47,674 bases of DNA from positions 1 to 47,674 of the forward strand of contig JABANN010000246.1 in NCBI GenBank assembly GCA_013115125.1. Reading direction: 5' to 3'. The notes under the pieces were generated by a model that saw nothing but the letters and a program-made list of their open reading frames with translations, was not told where the DNA came from and did no database searches. The translations under genes were made by a program, and so were the position numbers. Positions 25,801-35,465 of this stretch are shown in pieces (positions within the stretch are counted from its first letter, which is position 1; every line of letters begins with the position of its first letter). The DNA comes from Perkinsus olseni (taxonomy: Eukaryota).

Positions 25801-28192
25801 ATCTCTCTAAGGCTTACCCTTGGAATCGTGAAGCGCTTTCGAGTCGAATCGGGGCGTCTTCACTGGTTCGCGCCCAAGCTCGCGAGAGAGATGGGGTCTT
25901 TCAGCGGTCGTTTTCGTTGAGAATTGGGTATGTTAACGCATGAATTGTCAGTTACCTACCGCGGGATTTGTAGGGGAGAATTTGGTTAAACGAGAGAATC
26001 CAGAGTTGAACACGTGGTGGGCGGGTAAGTAGAGCTTGGGGCAGTTTCTTGTTACTCTGAAAGATCGAGGGATCCCTTCATTATGAGACTTATAAGTTTA
26101 CTACTCGCCGCAGTAGTCTTCGTCTATACATCGACATGTATCACTGATACGCTTTTTCCACCCTCTCCCATAGCACACTCGACCTATGATTTGTTTTAAT
26201 GTGTTTGGTTACTGAGTAGCAAAGTTTACACTGCGATGGTGGTGGTCTTGATGTTTTTCTTTTCGCTGCTGTATTCATTACAATACTCCTATGTAATCCA
26301 CTAAAGATGCAGTAATAAACAATGAAACGAGATGGTCATCATCATCATCGCTCTCCCATTCATCATAGTCGTGAGACTCTCCGATCTCTCGGATTCATTC
26401 GTAATCTCTTTCGCGTATTATTCAAAATTATATATTTATTATCTGTATAAAGGCATTGACGCCCTCGTGGTCATGATAATAGTGGTGACAGGTGACACGT
26501 TGGTGACGGCCATCGATAAGCTCGCTGAGTCGGCGGCCATGGACGGTGCAGCTACGAAGGCTTCGCTCTCAGCACCTTTGAGAATAGCAGTGGCAGATGT
26601 ATATAAATCTAGCAGTGGGGATCAGGTGAGGATATCCGAGGTTGAGCCTGGCAGGATACGAAAGAGGTCGGAGTCGATTGCTGCCGTGGTGACTCAGATA
26701 TCTGGTCGTGTGGAGCAGGGGATGTTCAAGAGTGGACAAAAAGTTGTTGTTCTTCCTGGGCGAGGGGACGACTCAAGTGCATGCACGATCAAGAATGTGT
26801 AGGTCCTTGCTGGTAGCGAATCGCCACTGGTGATGGTATCCTAGTTAGCTTGTCATGAACAACGGCGCACAGTATAGATTCTGTACTATAGGCTGTATCC
26901 CCATGCGGATACCTTTCTGCCTCGTATCAGATGGTAGCAGCTAGATTGCTTTCGACGATGAGCTTTCGGTGATGAATAACATGAACGTATTCGTTCGCGC
27001 TGGAAGACGATTTGCTCCTTTTATGGTATGTAGCATTTCAACTCTTGCGCGCAAGATTTTGTTTGTTGGCCTTTGTGAGAGTTCAAGAGAATATCGTCAA
27101 CGTTAGCTGTTGACTAGGGCTTCACGATAGCAACGTGACGAGGGCACTTACGTCATACTTTTTTAGGTATCGTAATGGTGAGGATGTTCAGATGGGCGTG
27201 AATGCTGAGGGCTGCCCGGGAGACTACATCGATCTAGCAACCTTACAAGGTGATTGGACTGATCTTTCCGCAGGGACTCCTTATTCCTGCATTCCGTACT
27301 TTGAATGCCGGGGCGAACGAGGGGTCCCTTCTTGATAGCGCGCGGTGTATGAGAGAGCGATCCGACCTTAGTTCCTGGATGGGATTGCCCTTGGTAGGTG
27401 TGGACCAGTATATGGTAGCTAGAGGCTCAGTGCTCTGCGCCAACAATGCTACTGCTTGCCGAGTCTCCAGTGTCATCCGAGCCAAGATTGTCGTCTTCGA
27501 CACGTCCGTTCCGATCGTGAAGGGTCAGCAGGTGAGAAAAGAGAATATCCATTGACTGTTCACTTTGGGTGACGACTAACTTCAGGTCATGCTGTATGCG
27601 CATGCGTGCGTGGAGTCTGCCACGGTAACGCGATTCATAGCGCTTGAGGGGAAGAAGGCTCCTTCACCAGGCGTACGACCGAGACCTATCAAGTAAGCTC
27701 TGCCCTAGTTTACGATTGGATAGTCTGGAAGGGGGTTTTACTTTGTTACCTTCATTGCCGATGCCTCACACCCTGTGAGGATGTCTTCCCGATATCACGA
27801 CACGATCAGTCACTGCGGGGGTGTTCAATGAACGAATTCTGAGATCCAGAATCGATTCTGGAATGGAATTTTGCGTATAAAAATCAGTTCCAACTTGGAA
27901 CTTCCAAGATCGATTCTGAGTTCCGAATTCTCTGGGAATGTCGAAAGGCCGGATGATGGTTCATGTAACGCTGTTTTCATTCTAGGTGTCTGACCAAGGG
28001 TGATTGTTGCACGGTCGAGCTGACGCTACAGCATCCGATCTGTACCGATCCCATAGGTAGGATGACATCGTTGATTTACTCGTCCATCATCTTTGCTCAG
28101 CTCACAAGGGGTCACTTGCGAAGGCGACGAGTCTGTCAAGGGTCGTCTTGCGAGACAGAGGAGAGACCGTCGCTGCTGGGCTGATCGTGTGA
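22805..28192 (+). CDS. HBS1: HBS1-like translational GTPase (eRF3/EF1A family), multi-exon
   Basis: N-terminus [15 protein letters not shown] is typical of HBS1. Motifs: [96 protein letters not shown]-terminal [17 protein letters not shown]. Confidence 0.92.
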
Positions 28193-29439
28193 AGCTGCAC
28201 ATTTTACCACCGCCACTCTGTTACATTACTTTCAAGTTTCCCCTACTGTTAGTCCGCCCGTGATTATCGATTGGTATTAGACGGGTTTTGTTTTGTGAAT
28301 AGCGGAGAGATCCGAACCGAACAGAGAAGGCGACTGCTGAACAGCCAGAGCAGCAACTTGTAGCGGTTGGGAATAATCGGCGTAAGACTGCTGCTCGCTT
28401 CGGGCCATTCAACGACACACGAGAGATTTTACACAGATCAGAGAACGACGTCAATATTCACAGTAAGAGGAAGATACACCGGCATTAGACGTATGTGAGT
28501 TGAATACGATGGCACCGAACAATGTTGTTCTTCACCATGAGAGTCGTCGATTCCTCATCCTTGAGGAGATTCTCCCGCCAACTCGACATTGACATGAACA
28601 CTCGATTAACATATTACATATTCATACTCGGGTATTAAATTCCACAGCGGGAGAACCTGTGGCTTTGGGCACGTGGGGTAGAGAAACTCGGCTGACGTGA
28701 GGATCTGAGATGGCGGCAGTAACAATGCACAATGCGCGCGATAACTGCAGGGCCGCGCGGAAGCCCTGAAACATCCCTACCCATCTCTGGATGTTAGCGT
28801 GTTTCGCATTGACTAACAGCAGCGTCGAAGTCGTGCCTCGAATAGTGTAGACAGTCGGCTCATTCGTGGAAGGCGAGTTGAGCTCGCAAAGAAACTCGAC
28901 GCTTCTTCGGTGCGACCCACACGTCATCGCAGGAAACGGCACGACACTGGAATTGCCGATTGACGAGAAAACACCGGAATATATGGAAACTCTATTCTTC
29001 TTCACGCTAGTCGCTCGCCATGCTCGAAGATTCCAGCTTCGGCAGGAATCGTCGACTACTGAGCAACCGGAAACACGCGCTGATCTTCAACACAGTACTG
29101 AGGGAATGAGCGAAGAAAGCCTTGCTTATGCGTGAAAAGGTACAGACACTGTGGCCAATGGTGACCAACGGAAACATATGGGCCCATACTGAGAATACCA
29201 TCTCTAAGCATCATCAATGATGATTCATCATACATCATACAGCACTACTCCGCTACTGACCTACCCATAGGCTCTGGCGGCCCTTTGCTACAACGAGGCC
29301 CGTTGCCCATATGAGGATGGAGTGATAGCATCAGTTGCCGCAAGTAAATATTCATAAGAACTAAGTTTGAGTAGAAGAAAATCAGAATCTGAACCAACTT
29401 CCCAACGGCTAACAGGCAGCAACTCTTCGCAAAAATCGA

Positions 29440-29620
29440 CTATGTTCGGCGATGATACACCATCGTGTATGACATCAGGATTCATGATTGAAAGGAGAGC
29501 CAGAGACAGGCCGTCTTCTCGGTTCATCATTCGCAGTAGAACTTCAAGTCAAGTCCTTTGCAATACTGGGAGCCATCCTGCATTCCACAGTACTAGGACG
29601 TCTGAGGGTTGCAGTATGCC
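29440..29620 (-). mobile_element. Possible degenerate hAT transposase dimerization-domain relic
   Basis: Frameshifted pieces ATLRRPSTVEC... and LRMMNREDGLSLALLSI resemble the hAT C-terminal pattern (STVECERSFS...LRSTMxxxRLxxLALLSI). Confidence 0.3.
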
Positions 29621-31341
29621 TGCTCCATAGAGAATCCCAGTTTCAAAGCCTTGAGGCTGCAGTAGTGGTCGTGAGTCACAGACGAGTTAGCATCCTCATC
29701 ACCGACTAAAGCAGCCACGAAAGACTAAGGAGAGAACGACGAAGACTAGGGTAGCAAGGGAGGCCATATGAAAGATCGGAGAGTGCCGGCTACACCTGAT
29801 GAATCGAGCCGCGCCCAAGAAGGTCACAATCCGACAGAGTCCCCTGCCGGCTCTCCGCTGTCGTTCCGGTAAACGCCAGGCTAGCAGAAGTGTGGAGTCT
29901 CTTATTCTGAGCTTATTCTTTCGACTGGATCTAGCTGTGTATGCACAGGAGTGAGAATAACGATCAGCCTATCATCCCCCCAATGAGTGGGGTAGGTTCT
30001 GAGTATCACGCAGCAGGCGAGCTCTGCACTAAACCCTGTACTACGGCTTAAGAGACAAGTGAGCACTTGTGACGCAGTGTCAGCTATCCTTATTCGCACG
30101 CAGGCACTCAGCTTCTGAACAAATGCGAGGTATCGTCGGTATGCATGACACTGGTTGAAGCAATCTGTCGCGCGCAACCAGGTGAAGCCTTTCGAGGAAG
30201 TCAAGGGCCGAGCTATGGAAGGAGTGACAGAAGAAGGCGCCAAGAGATAGTGTTGGGCATACACAGCTAACCTGCCGTGCCCATCAGCTCGACGGCTAGC
30301 CAGCACGCATGTGAGAGGAAGCCAAGCGAAATAGCTCAGGGACCTCATGCAAAGCGTTATGATAATCATCGTCCTCATCATAACCATCATCATTAAAGCA
30401 GCTTAGGCCAACGGATTCGGGATAGTGCTGCCGTTCCATAGGGCCTTCACCCTCTCCTACTTATAGTATTCTATAACAATTTCTGAGATCAGTCGAAGTG
30501 CTAGGTCCTTAGCAGCTATCGCTCGATACTATCTGACCCACCTGAGGTCCTCGACACGAGTTCCCGCTGCCTCGATGGCCCCGCACGCTGGTGCACCGCA
30601 AGGTGAGCTCGCGCGAGTTTTCGGTCTGGAATCGGCCGTAGCTTTAGGACCGCCAAGCAAAAAAATTCCTCCTCCCGGAATGTTCAACTTGTTTGCGAGC
30701 GGTAGACCCGGGTTTTCCAGTTGAAACTGAACCTATGGTGGTCCTCGCCCGTCTTACAGTATCATTCACAGCAGTGCCTAGCAGTATTCTCAATTATCAT
30801 GTTCCCGCCTATTACGCGTAGCCGGAGTGATATATCACTGCGCCTCCCCGCAGGACCGATTCGTCAGAAAACGGGAGATATCACCGATGCGATCGATTGA
30901 CATTGGGATAGCGATAGGTGATCATCATTTAATCGTATGATGCGATTCACCAATTTTTCAAAAGATCCTCCCGCGGCTGATAAGAATACACTCGTGAAGG
31001 CTACGAGCCTTCAGAGCTGTCGATTCCTGTGTGTGAGTTTCAAGTCTAACACCGAAACCCGGCTCAGTCAGACTGGCACCAGTGTATCTTGTTTCGAGAC
31101 GGACGGGTAACTCATCATGAGTTTAGGTAATATTAGTGGAAACACCGAAAGTAGCGCTCAGCGAACCTAAGATACTCTCTTTCCTCGCGGCAGAACCCGG
31201 GTTGATTCCCCATCCTCTCTCCCGACTCAGCAAGGAACACAACTCGACATTGACATGAACGCTGGATAAAGAGGGTATAACATTCCACAACGGGCTAACC
31301 AGCCTTATTCGCTGGACTATTCAAGAAAGAAAAAAAACCCT

Positions 31342-33564
31342 TTAGCACTGACATGCCTTGTTGGAGCCCCAGCACAAAGAAGGGGACTTCCAGTACATAC
31401 AATAAGACCCGGGCAACGAGGCTGCGCACTCACTGTCAGCTTTTCTGCAGTTCGGTTGCACAGTAGACGACGATGTCGTTGGTGATACGGTCGAAGAAGT
31501 AGTGAAGGGCTCTGAGGTGGTGAGAGATGTAGTCTTCGAAGTTCCACCGCAGTGGCAAGGCTCATTGCTACCCCAACATACTGGTGGATTCTGGTCAGTC
31601 TTGCAGTATGATCCGGGGTAGTAGGCAGCGCACTTGGCATCAGCAACAGAGCAATCACCCGATGCACCAGTGGTAGAGGTGTCTACGCTTGATGTTGATG
31701 ATGCCGCGGTAGATGTTGATGATGCCGCGGTAGATGTTGATGATGCCGCGGTAGATGATGACAGGGTTGTTGTTGAGGACCGACTGGTCGTCGCAGAGGT
31801 GTGTGATGCGGTAGTGGTAGCGGTGGTAGAAGAGAGTTGCTTAGTAGAGGTAGTAGAAGTAGTGGTAGCAGTAGAAGTAGTGTGAGAGAAGGGAGTGGTT
31901 GTAGAGACGGTAGTCGTCACCGCACTCGTCGGGAGCGTCCTACCACAAATCTTGTCATCGATTTGAATGGTCATGTCCTCAATGGGGGAGAAGCTGAACA
32001 TATCGATGCTGTTGTACTTGCACTTCACCTGCTGCAACCTAGGATACGTACTGGCGCTAGGGAAGTACTGCTGAATCCACTCATAGTTGTTGCTCAAGTC
32101 AGAGTCGATGTAGTTCTGATAAGCCTGGTTGAGCGATACCGGAAGAACAGTATCATAAGCCTTATGAAGCCACTCAATCCTAGCCTCGGAGACGGCCTCA
32201 CCGGAGTACCAACTGGCAATCATTTGCAAGTGCCAGCCGCTGATGCGATGGTCGAACGCAGTGCACTTGCCTTGGGACGGGTCGCAGTCCTGAGGCTCCT
32301 CGCTCATGGCATGACCGTAGAAATCGAACTGCAAAACACACTCGGTGTTCCACCGACAGATAGGGTCGAGACTGAGCTCAGCCATCGCCTCGAGGGTGCC
32401 GAGATCGACTTCGTCGGGGAAGTAGAGGGACTTGGCCTTGTACGGGTTGGCATTATTTTTGCTCCAATCCCAGCACTCGTTCATCGAGCTTTCAAGTTCA
32501 CTTTCGGTGCAGTGTTGTAAACCATCGGGAGGGTAGAAGTCCATCCAGGCGGCCGCAGTGCAGTCTGCCCAGAACCACATGGCTTTGCCGAAGCTCTGCT
32601 GAATGATGGAGTACTTTTCGATACCGACCGTATCAGCTAGGGCTTGGACCTTCTGCTGGCATGATGTGCAGTCGCCGGATTCATCACAGATGCATTGAGC
32701 GCTGTATTGAATCGCACCACCACCGAGGAACTTGCCGATGCCGAACATCTCAGGACCAGCAGCGGAGGAGTGCATGAAGGTTTGGAAAGACTTGATACGC
32801 CGAGCTTGAAGGGAGGGGTTGATATCAGCGTTCTTACCGGAGATGACCACCACGTTGGTGACGGGGAACGTTCGGTAACGTAGTGTGACAATAACGCCGT
32901 AGTTGCCGCCCATGCCACCTCGCAAGGCGAAGAGAAGGTCAGAGTACTCGTTGTAAGCTGTCGCTGTTACCAATTGGAATTTCTCAGTAGAGTCGTTGTA
33001 GACAACAACATCAGCAGAGACAAGCCTATCCGCTGTTACTCCGTACTTGGCTGATGATAGACCATGACCTCCTCCTGAGATCAGACCGGCGACACCGACC
33101 GTAGGACCAGAGCCACCAGCAAGACCTAGCGGGGGGTCGTGACGGGCCAGGCGCGAGTACACCTCTAGGAGCCTCAACCCCGCACCTAAGGAGGCGATGT
33201 ATCGACCATCTTCCTCGACCACATCGAAATCAGTGAGCTTCTCGAGGTCCATAACGATGCCACCGTTGATAGTCGATTGACCGATATAAGAGCTACCCTC
33301 ATTGCTGCGAACTGCGACGGGGGTATCTTCGTCATGACAAATCTCTAGGACGCCTATGACGTCATCTGAAGAGCTAACGTTGACCATAGCAGCTGGACGG
33401 TAACCGTGGGCTTCATCGAAGCGCTCATTATAAGGTGGTGGAATGTTCTTAGTCTGGACTTGGCCAGGGAAGGCCTCCTCAAGACGCTCCACTGCGGACT
33501 GAACAGTGCAGGATACCAGCCTAGCAACGACCGTGAAGAGCAAGAAATAACGCCCTACGAACAT
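31342..33564 (-). CDS. Secreted berberine-bridge-enzyme-like FAD oxidoreductase with Ser/Thr linker and two C-terminal Cys-rich modules; intronless
   Basis: 740-aa ORF with signal peptide, PAAMVNVSSSDDV, LGAGLRLLEVY, PTVGVAGLISGGGHGLSSAKYGVTADRLVSADVV, DLLFALRGGMGGNYGVIV, BBE-domain AYQNYID...RLQQVKCKYN, a T/S-rich linker, and two C-x2-AD-x2-CAA..PGSYC....P..CWGSN..C.C modules. Confidence 0.9.
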   Translation of the reverse strand: MFVGRYFLLFTVVARLVSCTVQSAVERLEEAFPGQVQTKNIPPPYNERFDEAHGYRPAAMVNVSSSDDVIGVLEICHDEDTPVAVRSNEGSSYIGQSTINGGIVMDLEKLTDFDVVEEDGRYIASLGAGLRLLEVYSRLARHDPPLGLAGGSGPTVGVAGLISGGGHGLSSAKYGVTADRLVSADVVVYNDSTEKFQLVTATAYNEYSDLLFALRGGMGGNYGVIVTLRYRTFPVTNVVVISGKNADINPSLQARRIKSFQTFMHSSAAGPEMFGIGKFLGGGAIQYSAQCICDESGDCTSCQQKVQALADTVGIEKYSIIQQSFGKAMWFWADCTAAAWMDFYPPDGLQHCTESELESSMNECWDWSKNNANPYKAKSLYFPDEVDLGTLEAMAELSLDPICRWNTECVLQFDFYGHAMSEEPQDCDPSQGKCTAFDHRISGWHLQMIASWYSGEAVSEARIEWLHKAYDTVLPVSLNQAYQNYIDSDLSNNYEWIQQYFPSASTYPRLQQVKCKYNSIDMFSFSPIEDMTIQIDDKICGRTLPTSAVTTTVSTTTPFSHTTSTATTTSTTSTKQLSSTTATTTASHTSATTSRSSTTTLSSSTAASSTSTAASSTSTAASSTSSVDTSTTGASGDCSVADAKCAAYYPGSYCKTDQNPPVCWGSNEPCHCGGTSKTTSLTTSEPFTTSSTVSPTTSSSTVQPNCRKADSECAASLPGSYCMYWKSPSLCWGSNKACQC
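31691..31760. repeat. 21-bp coding tandem repeat (GATGTTGATGATGCCGCGGTA) x3
   Basis: Directly visible; encodes TAASSTS repeats of the linker on the minus strand. Confidence 0.9.
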
Positions 33565-33857
33565 AGTGGCTTGAAAATAGCAGTGTAAGTGCGCGCTGGT
33601 GGTGAGGAGATGATGGAGACGCTAATACACAATAACGGGACAGAACAGCTTACAGTGCGAACCAAACCGTTATGCAAATCACCATTTCCGAGGTAACTTG
33701 CTCAATAAGAAGAGTTTATCAATGATCTTTGAAAGGTGTACTGGTAATGAGAGTGAAAATCGATTGACACCGTTTCAGAACCGTTTGTGTTTGTTAGTGA
33801 AAATGGATTCCAAGGCGTAATAAACGAGGCAGCTCAGGCACCTGACCCCTTGTTCGT

Positions 33858-33966
33858 CAGGTACACCGAGCTGCTGAGCAAGAATTTCCTTCCCTGGTAT
33901 CGCTCCCGCCCAGTGAGCTTCAAAAGGAGGATGGTATTCATGCACGATAACGCTCCGGCCCATGTA
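33858..33966 (+). mobile_element. Tc1/mariner transposase DDE-domain fragment
   Basis: RYTELLSKNFLPWYRSRPVSFKRRMVFMHDNAPAH includes the FxxDNAPxH motif around the second catalytic Asp of Tc1-like transposases. Confidence 0.7.
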
Positions 33967-34261
33967 GTGCTGTGGGTTGTGTCTGTTGGCCGCTTAGAGT
34001 ACGGAGGTACTCGTATGATGATGAGGCCTCAATCGCAAGTTCGCGCGGGCGTTAATTCTAATGAGGTGAGATATGAGTGTATCACTCTCATGAGGTTCAT
34101 TTATAGCTACCAATGATTCCGGTGCGCCAGCCGTGCGTTAACTTGCGTACTTCCTCGCGTTTACTGGACTTTACACACAGACACAACTTTCATAACACAG
34201 CAACTGCACCCCGCTGAAAAATAGAGACATTAGTAATAAGATGTTCACTGTCACTGTCACG

Positions 34262-35240
34262 TCAATGCCAGTGCTTAGATAAGGATCGTATCGCTTTGCT
34301 GAAGCTCTTCCTTTTATGCTGCCTTCGGTGGCTCGAGGAGCGACTTCGACGTTTCATAGACGACTTGAGCCCAGTCGGACACTTCCGATAGGCGGCCTCT
34401 GCCACAGCAAGGAACACGTCCCAGACTCCGTCACCGGTCTGGGCCGAGGTAGGATAGAATCCCAAGATGGGGTTCATCGATGTTAGAGGAACTGTAGAGG
34501 AATCGAAGGACGTGAAAAGCTGAGAAGGGAACACGCAATCGTGACCGCCGAGAGGGGAAGACCCGACTTACGGCTGCACCGTCGTCTGCAGTTTGTCGGC
34601 AGAGATCGGCCTTGTTGCCCGCGAATGCGACAGGTATAGACGGTTCATTGGTATGGATGAGATCCAGCATCCTGAGAGGCAGTGAATGATGGAGAACGCG
34701 AGAGTGAAGCCCTCCCCGAGGATCGAACCCGCAGTCTCGGCAAGACCTACTCGTGTACTGATGTATAGCCCTCCACTTCGTTGCTCTGGTCATACACAAT
34801 AACAGCTCCGCTAGCACCATGCAGCACATGCGGAATCATACTGAGCAGGTCCTCCTCAAAACTGATAGCCCATACCTATGGTGACTGAAGAGACGGCGAG
34901 GGAGAATTTATGCGCCCACCTTGAGCATTATACGGACGCCAGGGGGGATTGCCACGGTCTTCCGCATGAACGTCACACCAACAGCGTGCTGCTCTGCATC
35001 GTCGCAGATGAACCTGAGCATAGCAGCAATGATATCAGAAGGTATCGGGCAAGAAGCCCACCGGTCCTTCACAAAACGATGTATCAGGCAACTCTTGCCA
35101 GCCGAAGGCATGCCAATGACGACTATCTTGAACCTCGGCAGATCCGCCAAAGCAGAGTCTTCCGACTCCGAGTCGGTTGAGGAGAAACTCGCACTCGAGG
35201 AGGATTCATCCGGGCTCTCCCTCGGAGACTTCGAGCTCAT
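34262..35240 (-). CDS. Atypical Rab-like small GTPase, 5 exons
   Basis: FKIVVIGMPSAGKSCLIHRFV (G1), VGVTFMRKTV (G2), VWAISFEE (degenerate G3), GASGAVIVYD, AFAGNKADL (G4), PTSAQTGDGVWDVF (G5), basic tail. Confidence 0.8.
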
Positions 35241-35465
35241 ATAGACGGACAACTGAAATATGCCGATCCCGGCCCTTAGATGGTCGAATTCTCTCGGTAG
35301 AACTTCTCTGAATCTGCAACTGAATCTGCCGTATTTAGCACTATTGCTATCTCGTGATGGGCTGTGATGGACGGCGCTCCACATCCGAGCTTCCACAACG
35401 CAACAACAAGAGTGAATAAAAAACGGGCTCATCCGAGGAACAGCAGGCAAATATCACACATGGTT

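Noticed and set aside
31634-32520. Plus-strand ORFs 31634-31885 and 31837-32520
   Set aside because: Antisense shadows of the BBE-like gene and its repeats
33565-33590. Spliced-leader relic upstream of the intronless BBE-like gene
   Set aside because: TGCTATTTTCAAG resembles the dinoflagellate/perkinsid leader only weakly and is explained as an ordinary splice acceptor
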